From positions 406 to 64,405 of the forward strand of contig JBDHLU010000001.1 of NCBI GenBank assembly GCA_039656555.1: a stretch of 64,000 nucleotides of DNA, given 5' to 3'. The notes below the pieces were generated by a model, which was not told where the DNA came from, did not search any database, and was given only the letters and a program-made list of their open reading frames with translations. A program made the translations under genes and the position numbers. Source of the DNA: Gemmatimonadota bacterium (GTDB taxonomy: Bacteria; Gemmatimonadota; Gemmatimonadetes; Gemmatimonadales; GWC2-71-9). Below, one piece after another: positions 35,578 through 44,992 of this stretch; position 1 is the first letter of the stretch, and each line of letters begins with the position of its first letter.

Positions 35578-36381
35578 GTGTTGGTGTTGTCGTGGGCGAC
35601 GATCGGCGTCGGAATCGCCATTGTCGCGCCTCAGGTTGTTCTAGCTCCCCTGCGGGGAGAACCTGCGGTACAGGATGCGCGTGCAGAACCCGATCGAGGT
35701 CGTGCATTCTATTTCACGAGAGTCATCTACACGGATTGGTACCAATCCCAGGGTGGTCGTGGACGGTTTGGCCGCGGAAGCTGGTCGGTCGACTGGCCCA
35801 AGGCGGATATCCAATTCGTCATGGGCCTCACGCACCTGACCAACCTCGATGCTTACGAGGAAGACAACCTCATCAGGTTCGACGACCCTGAAATCCGTAG
35901 GTTCCCGTTTGTCTATGCCCTCGAGGTGGGATACATGAATCTCACCGACAGCGAAGTGCTGGGCCTGCGCGAATACCTCATGGCGGGCGGGTTCCTCGTT
36001 ATCGACGATTTCTGGGGGTTGCGGGAATGGTACAACTTCGAGCAGCAGATGTACCGTGTGTTTCCCGAGTACCCGATCGTCGACATTCCGATGGACCATG
36101 CTGTGATGCACGCGTTCTATGAGATTGATGAGATTCTTCAGGTGCCCGCCAGGGGCCGCGGTATTAATTTTGGCAGGCCCACGTGGGAAGACCCGTCAGA
36201 TACCGTTCCACGGGTGCGTGGAGTGTTCGACGATGAAGGCCGACTGATCGTCATCATCAACTACAATACCGACTTGGGTGACGCGTGGGAGTGGGCGGAG
36301 GACCCGTGGTATCCACTCGATAAAGCGAACTTTGCCTACCAACTCGGTGTCAACATGATCGTGTATGCGATGACGCACTGA
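35578..36381 (+). CDS. DUF4159-like protein, paralog 1 (N-terminal TM/signal)
   Basis: DWPKADIQF, PFVYALEVGYMNLTDSEVLGLREYLMAGGFLVIDDFWG, IINYNTDLGDAWEW and C-terminal NMIVYAMTH. Clear paralog of 42276-43055. Confidence 0.7.
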   Translation: MLVLSWATIGVGIAIVAPQVVLAPLRGEPAVQDARAEPDRGRAFYFTRVIYTDWYQSQGGRGRFGRGSWSVDWPKADIQFVMGLTHLTNLDAYEEDNLIRFDDPEIRRFPFVYALEVGYMNLTDSEVLGLREYLMAGGFLVIDDFWGLREWYNFEQQMYRVFPEYPIVDIPMDHAVMHAFYEIDEILQVPARGRGINFGRPTWEDPSDTVPRVRGVFDDEGRLIVIINYNTDLGDAWEWAEDPWYPLDKANFAYQLGVNMIVYAMTH

Positions 36382-38657
36382 TGTTCGAATTCTTCTTCAA
36401 GTATCGGCCGATCGTGTTTCAGCAAGGTGACCTGGTATTTGAGTCACCCGTGCCGATCTGGGTCCTCGTGCTCGGCGGTATGGTGTTGGCCGGCGTCGGT
36501 GTTATGACGTACGTGAAAGGCCGGCGTGGACTCGAGCGCCGCAATCGCATCATTCTGAGCGCTCTTCGAATCGTGACCATTGCGGTACTCGTGTTTGCGC
36601 TCTCGCGACCCATGCTCGTGATCGCCACCATCGTTCCCCAACAGAACTTCCTCGGCATCTTGATCGACGATTCTCGCAGCATGGGTATTACCGATCGTGG
36701 CGACGAACCGCGCGGCCAGTTCGTGTACGACCAGTTCGGACCGGAGGGGAGCCAGTTACTTTCGGCCCTCTCGGATCGTTTCCAGTTGCGTTTCTTCAAG
36801 TTTTCCGAATCGATGAATCGGTTGGGTGACGTGAGCGAGTTGACGTTCGCCGGTGCCCGCACGGACCTGGCTACGGCACTAGACAAGGCGCGCTTGGAGT
36901 TGGCCGCCGTGCCCTTGGCAGGATTGGTCGTCGTGACCGACGGCGCCGATAACGGTGACGCTTCGCTTTCGGAGGCGATCTTACAGCTGCAGGCGGACGG
37001 TGTCCCGGTTCACACGATCGGTCTGGGCACGGAACGCTTCGCGAAGGATATCGAGATCAGCCGCATCGAGGCTCCGCGACGAGTCCTTCTGGGCTCTGCG
37101 GTGGCCGTCGATCTGACGGTCAACCAATCTGGTTTCGACAGGCAAACAGTGAAACTCGTTGTCGAGGACGAGGGACGCATTCTTATGACGCAGCAGGTGG
37201 AGCTTCCGAGCGGTGGCGAACCCACGACGGTACGCGTGCACTTCAATGCTGACGAAATAGGATCCCGTTTGTTCAAGTTCTCGATTGCCCCAGCGGATGA
37301 CGAGGTCGTGCGGGAGAACAACGAACTCGAGACCCTCATTCGGGTCGATGACTCCCGCAAGAACATTCTCTACTTCGAAGGGGAACCGCGTTGGGAGATT
37401 GGGTTTCTGCGCCGGGCCGTCGCCGACGACGAGAACGTGCGGCTGTTGGTGATGATGCGAGCGGCGGAAAACAACTTCCGCCGATACGGTGTGGAATCGC
37501 CGGATGAACTCGAGGCCGGGTTTCCCCGCACACGCGAGGAACTCTTTCGATATGACGGCCTGATTTTGGGCAGCGTCGAGGCTTCGTTCTTCACACCCGA
37601 CCAGCTTCGAATGATCGCTGAGTTCGTAGAGGTCCGTGGAGGTGGGCTGCTCACCCTCGGTGGGCGGTGGGCGTATGCCGAGGGGGGGTATGCCGGGACG
37701 CCCGTAGGAGATGCTTTGCCCGTTGTGCTCGAGCGACCGGCTGAATCGGAAGGACGGTTCTTTGCGGAACTCGACGTGCGTCCGACGCCGTTCGGACTCA
37801 CCCACCCCGTCACCCAGCTGGGCCCGACGCCGGAAGAATCTAAAGATCGCTGGTCGGAGCTTCCTGCCCTCTCGACGCTCAATCTCATTCGGGAAGTGAA
37901 ACCAGGGGCAACGACGCTGCTCACCGCACGGGCCGCCGGGGTATCCGGCGACGTCGTGGTGCTGGCATACCAGCGCTACGGTCGTGGCAAGTCGATCTCC
38001 TTCGTGGTTCAGGACGCGTGGTTTTGGCAGATGCACGCCGACATCCCGCTCGAGGACATGACTCACGAAACGCTGTGGCGGCAGATGTTGCGTTGGTTGG
38101 TGGACGGCGTGCCCGATCATGTCAGCGTCGTCACGGAAGCAGATCGCGTATCACCGAATACCCCGATGACCGTCACCGCGGTGGTCACCGATTCTGGGTT
38201 CTTGCACTTGAACGGAGCGGAGGTGGTGGCGACCATCACTGGCCCATCAGGGACAAGCCAAGACGTTCCCCTCGAATGGACGGTCCGAAGGGACGGTGAG
38301 TATCGGGGGGTGCTGACGCCGACCGAACAGGGACGGCACGAAATCCAAGTCACGTCTCGCTACAACGGCGCTGTGGTTGGAACTGGGACTTCGCATGTCG
38401 AAGTTGGAGACCTTGGAGCCGAGTTCTATGGCGCGGAGATGCAAGCGGATGTGTTGAAGCATGTCGCAGCTGAAACCGGCGGCCGATTCTACACACCCGA
38501 GACGGTCGAGACGCTTCCCGAGGATGTGAGTTTCACGGAAAGCGGAACTTCGGTGTTCGAAGAGCGCGATCTCTGGGACATGCCGATCGTCTTTCTGCTG
38601 CTCGCGGCGACGCTCGGGGCCGAGTGGATCTACCGGCGGCAACGGGGTCTGCCGTGA
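36381..38657 (+). CDS. Membrane protein with vWA/MIDAS domain and GATase1-like (DUF1355-type) domain, C-terminal TM anchor
   Basis: Two N-terminal TMs, MIDAS LIDDSRSMG, VVVTDGADNGD, EVRGGGLLTLGG, and the C-terminal TM IVFLLLAATLGAEWIYRRQRG. The start overlaps the upstream stop by 1 nt. Confidence 0.7.
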   Translation: MFEFFFKYRPIVFQQGDLVFESPVPIWVLVLGGMVLAGVGVMTYVKGRRGLERRNRIILSALRIVTIAVLVFALSRPMLVIATIVPQQNFLGILIDDSRSMGITDRGDEPRGQFVYDQFGPEGSQLLSALSDRFQLRFFKFSESMNRLGDVSELTFAGARTDLATALDKARLELAAVPLAGLVVVTDGADNGDASLSEAILQLQADGVPVHTIGLGTERFAKDIEISRIEAPRRVLLGSAVAVDLTVNQSGFDRQTVKLVVEDEGRILMTQQVELPSGGEPTTVRVHFNADEIGSRLFKFSIAPADDEVVRENNELETLIRVDDSRKNILYFEGEPRWEIGFLRRAVADDENVRLLVMMRAAENNFRRYGVESPDELEAGFPRTREELFRYDGLILGSVEASFFTPDQLRMIAEFVEVRGGGLLTLGGRWAYAEGGYAGTPVGDALPVVLERPAESEGRFFAELDVRPTPFGLTHPVTQLGPTPEESKDRWSELPALSTLNLIREVKPGATTLLTARAAGVSGDVVVLAYQRYGRGKSISFVVQDAWFWQMHADIPLEDMTHETLWRQMLRWLVDGVPDHVSVVTEADRVSPNTPMTVTAVVTDSGFLHLNGAEVVATITGPSGTSQDVPLEWTVRRDGEYRGVLTPTEQGRHEIQVTSRYNGAVVGTGTSHVEVGDLGAEFYGAEMQADVLKHVAAETGGRFYTPETVETLPEDVSFTESGTSVFEERDLWDMPIVFLLLAATLGAEWIYRRQRGLP

Positions 38658-39634
38658 GGCGGTTTGCGCTCGTGTTGTTGCTGCTGAGTATCGGCACGGC
38701 AGCCCACGCGCAAACCTATTTGGTCGTCGTGCACGGCATAGGTGGCGAACCCAAATTCAAGGATCGCTTCCGGGCGCTGTCTGCATCGCTTATCGATGCG
38801 GCGACCAACCGGTACCATATCGATCAGGACCGGATCACCTACCTTGCCGAGTCCGATACGCTCCCAGGCGCCTCTGCGCGTTCGACCAAGGCAAACATCG
38901 AACGAGTGTTCGGCGAGCTCGGAGCGACGGTCGAGGCGGACGCCCGCATCTTCATCGTCTTGATTGGTCACGGAAGCGCCGTGAGCGGTTCTCCCGTGTT
39001 CCAAATACCTGGGCCTGATATTTCTGCCCAAGACTTTGCGGTCCTCCTCGTACCTTTTGCGACGCAGGAAATCGTGTTTATCGCGTTGTCCAGCGCGAGC
39101 GGCGGGTTCATTCCAGTGTTATCCGGGCCACGCCGAACCATCGTGACCGCGACCAAGTCTAACTTCGAGCGCAACGAGACGATCTTCCCAGTCCATTTCG
39201 TTGCCGCTCTGGCCGGGGAGGACGCCGACATAGACCAGGATGAGCGTTTGTCGTTGTCGGAAGCGTTCCTGTACGCCCGGCGGGAAGTAGAACGCATCTA
39301 TCAACAAGAGAACCGTCTCCAGACCGAACATGCGATGCTAGACGACAACGGGGATGGAGAAGGAACGGGCGAACTCAGCGACACGACCCTCGATGGCCGG
39401 TCCGCCCGCATGATGTTCTTCACTGACCAAGAATCTGTGATTGCCGCGGTGGATGATCCTGACCTGGCACGTCTCCTGAAGCAACAACGGGCGCTCGAGG
39501 AGGATCTTGCCACGCTCCGCGCGCTGAAGAACGAGATGGCCCCGGACGCCTACGAGAGCAACCTCGAGTCTCTCTTGCTCGAGATTGCCCAAGTGGGGCG
39601 TGCCATTCGTGAACGCGAAGGAGCGGGAACGTGA
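38654..39634 (+). CDS. Secreted legumain/C13-fold (caspase-like) protein with His retained and catalytic Cys replaced by Ser
   Basis: IFIVLIGHGS aligns with legumain VFIYFTDHGS. VFIALSSASGG aligns with VFYIEACESGS, putting Ser (codon 39092-39094) where Cys is expected. His codon at 38969-38971. Signal peptide present. GTG 38654 overlaps the upstream stop (GTGA). Confidence 0.6.
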   Translation: MRRFALVLLLLSIGTAAHAQTYLVVVHGIGGEPKFKDRFRALSASLIDAATNRYHIDQDRITYLAESDTLPGASARSTKANIERVFGELGATVEADARIFIVLIGHGSAVSGSPVFQIPGPDISAQDFAVLLVPFATQEIVFIALSSASGGFIPVLSGPRRTIVTATKSNFERNETIFPVHFVAALAGEDADIDQDERLSLSEAFLYARREVERIYQQENRLQTEHAMLDDNGDGEGTGELSDTTLDGRSARMMFFTDQESVIAAVDDPDLARLLKQQRALEEDLATLRALKNEMAPDAYESNLESLLLEIAQVGRAIREREGAGT

Positions 39635-42279
39635 GGTTGTTTCTCGCGCTCGGGTTGATGACTTGCATGACTTGCATGACGGGCGTTGCGGGTGCCCAGG
39701 ACGTTACGAGTGCTCGGCTCGCCTACCAAATGGGTGAGTACTCTGACGCGATACGGGAGTACCGACAGCTCGTGAGCCGGCATCCCTCCAATGGTGAGGT
39801 GGTTCGCGGTCTCGTGCGAGCATTGATGGTGGTGGGACGTTACGACGAGGCTATCGAGGCCGGCTTCGATGCACCGGCCGAAGCCGCGGTGTACAACCCT
39901 CTTGGTGAGGCCCTGATGGCCCGCGGGCGATGGGCCGAAGCGGAGAAGGCATTCCAGGCCGCTCTGCAGGATGCTCCCGACAGCCTGACGGCACGCCTCA
40001 ATCTCGCGCTGTTGGCGGAACGCCGGGGTGACCTCGACGAGGCGGCCAGAGGGTTCGATCGTTTTATCGACGTATACAACGCGAATCGCGCGCGGCTCAC
40101 GGTGGAGGAGTTGGTTGCCGTTGCGACTGCGGTCACACATTTGGGGCGCGACAACCCAAATCTCTTCCACGACGCGACACGAGCGTATCAGGAAGCATTG
40201 ACGAGGGATCCTGACTACATGCGTGCCGAGGTCATGCTGGGTCAGCTCTTCCTCGAGAAGTACGATGGATCCGAGGCCAGGACGAGCTTCGATGCGGTCA
40301 TCACGCGGAATCCGAACGATCCGGCCGCTCTCATCGGTATGGCCAAGGCGTTGCGGTATGCCAACGAGCCGGGCCACGTAGAGCTGGCGGAGCAAGCCTT
40401 GGACGTCAATGGAGCATATGTTGAGGCCTTCGTATTCCTCGCCATGTATCGCCTCGAGGTGCAGGAGCGTGACAAGGCAGAAGAGTTGATCGACCGTGCC
40501 CTGGCGATCGATCCTCGCTCACTTGAAGCGCTTTCGGTACTGGCGGCGCTCCGGTTCATCGAGAACGATCATGGGGCATTCGACGACGTCGAACGCAGGG
40601 TGTTGAATCTCAACCCGCGCTACGCGGACTTCTACAACACGGTCGCGGACGCGGCGGTGCGAGGTCGCCTGTACGAAAAGGCCGCTGGGTTCGCGAACGA
40701 AGCTATCGAGATCGATCCGAAATCCTGGCGGGCCTACGGCTTGCTGGGGATCAATCAGCTTCGCACCAGCATGATGGATTCGGGTCGCATCAACCTCGAG
40801 AAGGGCTTCGAGGGAGATCCGTTCGACGTGTGGACGAAGAACACGCTGGATCTTCTCGACAATCTCGACGAGTATGCGCTCATCGAGTCGGATCACTTCG
40901 TCTTTGCGATCGAAACGCCCGAAGCCGAACTACTGGCGACTTACGTAACCGCGGTGGCGGAGGATGCGTACGAAGTGTTCTTGGCGAAGTACGGGTACAC
41001 TCCGCCGCAGCGCATCCGCGTCGAGATCTTTCCAACTCGCGCGGATTTCTCGGTGCGCACGATCGGGATCACCGGCCTGGGTGCACTCGGGGTGAGCTTT
41101 GGATCCGTCATCGCGATGGACGCGCCGGCAGCCTACGTGCGAAGCGGCATGACTGGAGACCAAGCGTATTTCAACTGGGGGTCGACCCTGTGGCACGAGA
41201 TCGCGCACAGCTTTCATCTCGGAATGAGCAATCATCGTGTGCCGCGGTGGTTCACGGAGGGGCTTGCAGTATATGAGGAAAGGCAAGCGCGCCCGGGTTG
41301 GGGTGACGGGCCGACGCCGGAGTTCCTCGTGGCCTATCGCGAGGGCAAGCTCTGGCCGATCAGCGAACTGGAGAATGGATTCGTGCGCCCACGGTATCCT
41401 CAGCAACTTCTCTTCTCGTACTATCAATCGTCGCTCGTCAGTGAGCTGATCGCTCGGGACTACGGCGAGGCCGCATTCCGCCGGTTGCTGGCGTCGTTCC
41501 GATCGGGGGCGTCCAACGCGGAGGCCTTTGAGCGGGCTCTCGGAGTCTCCCTCGATCGGTTCGATGAACTGTTCGATGAATTCGTGCATACAAAGTTCGC
41601 GGACGAATTCGATGCGTTGCGTGCCTATTCTCTGGATCCAGAAGAGCAACCGTCCGAAAGCGAGATTGCCGCGAGGGCCACGGACGATCCCGACGACTTC
41701 CTGGCGCAACTCACGTATGGCGTACACATGCTCGAGGGTGGCAGTGCCGAACTCGCGATTCCCTATCTCGAACGTGCGAGACAGTTGTTCCCCAGCTACG
41801 CGGGCGCCGGATCGCCGTACTGGTTTCTTGCGGCCGCCAAGCGGCGCACCGGTGACCTCGAAGGGGCCGCCGCTGAACTAGAGGCGCTGCTCACGCGAAA
41901 TGCTGGGCACTATGGCGCGGCGGTGGAGCTTGCGACGATCCAGGATTCTTTGGGTAATGCGGAGGGCGTGGGGTGGGCATTGGATCGCGTGATGTTCGTC
42001 TATCCCTACGAGGCCGAAGCACACATGCGACTCGCCGACGTCGCGGCGAATCTCGAGGATTGGCCAATGGCGATTCGCGAGCGACGTGCGCTTGTCGCGC
42101 TCGACCCGGTCAACCGTGCCCGTGCGTTGTACCAGTTGGCGATGGCGTATTACGATGCGGGAGACACGGGGGCTGCCAAGAAGACGGTATTGGCGGCGCT
42201 GGAAACCGCCCCCAATTTTGCGGAGGCTCAGGATTTGTTACTCGACATCATGGAACGCCGCCCGGAGTCTGAGCGTTGA
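39631..42279 (+). CDS. Secreted TPR-repeat protein with embedded MA-clan HExxH metallopeptidase-like domain
   Basis: Signal peptide and multiple TPR-like helices on both sides. WHEIAHSFH (HExxH at 41194-41208) is followed by WFTEGLAVYEE. GTGA overlap with the upstream gene. Confidence 0.7.
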   Translation: MRLFLALGLMTCMTCMTGVAGAQDVTSARLAYQMGEYSDAIREYRQLVSRHPSNGEVVRGLVRALMVVGRYDEAIEAGFDAPAEAAVYNPLGEALMARGRWAEAEKAFQAALQDAPDSLTARLNLALLAERRGDLDEAARGFDRFIDVYNANRARLTVEELVAVATAVTHLGRDNPNLFHDATRAYQEALTRDPDYMRAEVMLGQLFLEKYDGSEARTSFDAVITRNPNDPAALIGMAKALRYANEPGHVELAEQALDVNGAYVEAFVFLAMYRLEVQERDKAEELIDRALAIDPRSLEALSVLAALRFIENDHGAFDDVERRVLNLNPRYADFYNTVADAAVRGRLYEKAAGFANEAIEIDPKSWRAYGLLGINQLRTSMMDSGRINLEKGFEGDPFDVWTKNTLDLLDNLDEYALIESDHFVFAIETPEAELLATYVTAVAEDAYEVFLAKYGYTPPQRIRVEIFPTRADFSVRTIGITGLGALGVSFGSVIAMDAPAAYVRSGMTGDQAYFNWGSTLWHEIAHSFHLGMSNHRVPRWFTEGLAVYEERQARPGWGDGPTPEFLVAYREGKLWPISELENGFVRPRYPQQLLFSYYQSSLVSELIARDYGEAAFRRLLASFRSGASNAEAFERALGVSLDRFDELFDEFVHTKFADEFDALRAYSLDPEEQPSESEIAARATDDPDDFLAQLTYGVHMLEGGSAELAIPYLERARQLFPSYAGAGSPYWFLAAAKRRTGDLEGAAAELEALLTRNAGHYGAAVELATIQDSLGNAEGVGWALDRVMFVYPYEAEAHMRLADVAANLEDWPMAIRERRALVALDPVNRARALYQLAMAYYDAGDTGAAKKTVLAALETAPNFAEAQDLLLDIMERRPESER

Positions 42280-43055
42280 GGCCGCCAGGGCGAATCGGAT
42301 CGATGCTGGTGGTTTGCGCGCTGATTGCAACAGTGACATCGGGGTTGGAAGCCCAGCGGCGCCGGGGAAGTTTCAATCAGGATGTGCAACAATTCAATGT
42401 TCCCTACGATGGGACCTTCACGTTTCTCAGGCTCCGGTATGCGCCGCTTTCGGCGTGGGGAAGGCGTGGAGGAGGCGAGCCGCAGTGGGCGCATGATTGG
42501 CCCAGGGCCGAGCGTCACGTGGCCACCATGTTGGAAGAAATCACGACGATCGAACCCAATCTCGAGGGCTCGAACATCTACGACGCCGACGATCCGGAAA
42601 TCTTCAAGTTTCCCGTCGTGTACATCTCCGAACCAGGATACTGGTCCCTCAACGAAGAAGAGAAACTGAATCTCAGGAACTATGTCCTCAAGGGTGGGTT
42701 TCTCATCTTTGATGACTTTGCCGGACCGGATTGGTATAACTTCGAGGAGAAAGTTGGGCAGCTACTTCCCGGGGTGTATCCTGTCCGGTTGGATGCGACG
42801 CATCCAATTTTTCATTCCTTTTTTGAAATAGAGAGCCTCGACGGATTTGTCCATCCGCTGCGGGGTATTCCGTCGGAATTCTACGGGTTGTTCGAGGACA
42901 ATGATCCCAACAACCGTATGCTCGCGATCGTCAACTACAACAACGACATTGGCGAAGCTTGGGAATGGTCGGACGTGGGTTGGATTCCGATCGAGATTAC
43001 GAACGACGCGTACAAACTCGGTATCAATTACTTCGTGTACGCCATGACGCACTAA
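42276..43055 (+). CDS. DUF4159-like protein, paralog 2 (signal peptide)
   Basis: HDWPRAERH, PVVYISEPGYWSLNEEEKLNLRNYVLKGGFLIFDDFAG, IVNYNNDIGEAWEW and C-terminal NYFVYAMTH. TTG 42276 overlaps the upstream stop; ATG 42303 is an alternative start. Confidence 0.7.
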   Translation: MRPPGRIGSMLVVCALIATVTSGLEAQRRRGSFNQDVQQFNVPYDGTFTFLRLRYAPLSAWGRRGGGEPQWAHDWPRAERHVATMLEEITTIEPNLEGSNIYDADDPEIFKFPVVYISEPGYWSLNEEEKLNLRNYVLKGGFLIFDDFAGPDWYNFEEKVGQLLPGVYPVRLDATHPIFHSFFEIESLDGFVHPLRGIPSEFYGLFEDNDPNNRMLAIVNYNNDIGEAWEWSDVGWIPIEITNDAYKLGINYFVYAMTH

Positions 43056-43067
43056 CTCTGGAGACCC

Positions 43068-44096
43068 ATGACCACGGAACCCCTGGCGCTCGAGACCGCT
43101 GACGACATTGCCCTAGCTGACAAGCTCAAGAACGGGCGTCGCCAGATATTGGACGAGTTACACAAAGTCATCGTTGGGCAGGAGTCGGTCGTCGACGAGG
43201 TCTTGTTATCCCTTTTCGTTGGCGGGAACAGTCTCATCATCGGTGTGCCGGGGCTTGCCAAGACGCTCTTGGTACATACCGTCGCGCAGGCGTTGGATCT
43301 CAAGTTCTCTCGCATACAGTTCACGCCAGATCTCATGCCGTCGGACATCACCGGTACTGATCTGGTGCAGGAGGATGTCGAGACAGGGCAGCGCAAAATG
43401 GTCTTCATGCCCGGTCCCGTGTTCGCCAATATCGTGCTTGCGGACGAAATCAACCGAACGCCGCCGAAGACCCAGGCGGCCTTGCTCGAGGCCATGCAGG
43501 AGCACCGGGTCACGGTCCAAGGGCGCACGTACGTGCTTGAAGAACCATTCTTCGTGTTTGCCACTCAGAATCCGATCGAACTCGAAGGCACGTATCCATT
43601 GCCTGAGGCTCAGCTCGATCGATTCATGTTCAACATCATCATTGACTACTCACCGGAGGATGAAGAACTCGAGGTTGTGCGTCGGACGACAGCTATTCAA
43701 AAGGAGGCACTCGTTCCCGCCGTCACGGGCCAGGATATCATCGACTTCCAGGAACTGGTCCGTCGCGTCCCCGTATCCGAACCGGTGCTGCGGTATACGC
43801 TCACCATGGTGCGTACGACTCGGCCGAACGCCAATGGCGCCCCGGACTTCATCAACGAGTGGGTGCAATATGGGGCCAGCGTAAGAGCAGCGCAGTATCT
43901 CGTGCTGGGCGCCAAGGCCAGGGCTCTGGTGAACGGGCGGTACCACGTGACCTACGAAGACATTCGGGCCCTAGCTCATCCGGTACTGCGCCACAGGATT
44001 CTCAAGAACTTCCACGCCGAATCGGAACGGATCACGACAGACCAGATCGTCGACCAGTTGCTCGAGGCCGTACCGCAGCCAACCTCTGGCATGTGA
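43068..44096 (+). CDS. MoxR-family AAA+ ATPase
   Basis: Walker A GVPGLAKT, Walker B VLADEINRTPPKTQAALLEAMQE, ATQNPIE and LPEAQLDRF. GGAG RBS upstream. Confidence 0.92.
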   Translation: MTTEPLALETADDIALADKLKNGRRQILDELHKVIVGQESVVDEVLLSLFVGGNSLIIGVPGLAKTLLVHTVAQALDLKFSRIQFTPDLMPSDITGTDLVQEDVETGQRKMVFMPGPVFANIVLADEINRTPPKTQAALLEAMQEHRVTVQGRTYVLEEPFFVFATQNPIELEGTYPLPEAQLDRFMFNIIIDYSPEDEELEVVRRTTAIQKEALVPAVTGQDIIDFQELVRRVPVSEPVLRYTLTMVRTTRPNANGAPDFINEWVQYGASVRAAQYLVLGAKARALVNGRYHVTYEDIRALAHPVLRHRILKNFHAESERITTDQIVDQLLEAVPQPTSGM

Positions 44097-44992
44097 GTAG
44101 CCCCGCTCGTTTTCTCGATCCGGTAGCACTCTCTAGGATCTCCAACCTGGAGTTGTTGGCCCGTACTGTGGTAGACGGGTTCATCTCAGGGCTCCACCGC
44201 TCCCCGTACCTAGGGTTTTCTGTGGATTTTGCCGAACACCGGCCGTACACTCTGGGGGACGACATTCGGCGTATCGATTGGCGCGTTTTTGGGCGAACGG
44301 ACCGCTTATTCGTCAAGGAATTCGAGGCCGACACCAACGCGAATCTGAACGTCCTGTTCGATGTGAGTGGATCGATGCACTATGGAAGCGGTCCAATCAC
44401 GAAAGTAGAATACGGCAAATACCTGGCTGCCTGTCTCACATACTTCTCGCGGAAACAACGCGATCGTGTCGGGATCGTGACCTTCGATGACGACATCATT
44501 GACTACGTTCCCCCATCGGCGAAGCACCTGGAAGTGGTGTTGCATACGATCGACCGGATCCAACCTCGTGAACGCGAAGGTGGGTTTGGACGGCCGCTCA
44601 ACAAGATCGCCCAGATGCTCACGCGACGGAGTCTGCTCGTGGTGATCTCCGACTTGTACGAAGATCCGGATGTGATCATCCGAGCACTTTCCCATCTGCA
44701 TCACAAGGGCAACGATGTCATCGTGTTCCACCTCTTAGATCCAGCGGAAGTGGAGTTCCCGTTCGAAGAGGCCGCCCAGTTTCAGGATCTCGAAAGCGGC
44801 GAGCGCATGCCGGTCGTACCCGATAAGTTGCGCGAGGAGTACCAAAGGCATATCGAAACACACCTCGACACGCTGAAGCGGCGTATGCTGCAGAACGAAA
44901 TCGACTACTGTTTTGTCCAGACGTCGCAACCACTGGACCATGCATTGTTCGAATACCTCTCGCGGCGTGAACGGATGAGCAGGGTCAGATGA
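44093..44992 (+). CDS. DUF58 (vWA-like) protein, MoxR partner
   Basis: GLHRSPYLGFSVDFAEHRPYTLGDDIRRIDWRV is the DUF58 signature. MIDAS-like FDVSGSM. GTG 44093 overlaps the moxR stop (GTGA). Confidence 0.85.
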   Translation: MSSPARFLDPVALSRISNLELLARTVVDGFISGLHRSPYLGFSVDFAEHRPYTLGDDIRRIDWRVFGRTDRLFVKEFEADTNANLNVLFDVSGSMHYGSGPITKVEYGKYLAACLTYFSRKQRDRVGIVTFDDDIIDYVPPSAKHLEVVLHTIDRIQPREREGGFGRPLNKIAQMLTRRSLLVVISDLYEDPDVIIRALSHLHHKGNDVIVFHLLDPAEVEFPFEEAAQFQDLESGERMPVVPDKLREEYQRHIETHLDTLKRRMLQNEIDYCFVQTSQPLDHALFEYLSRRERMSRVR

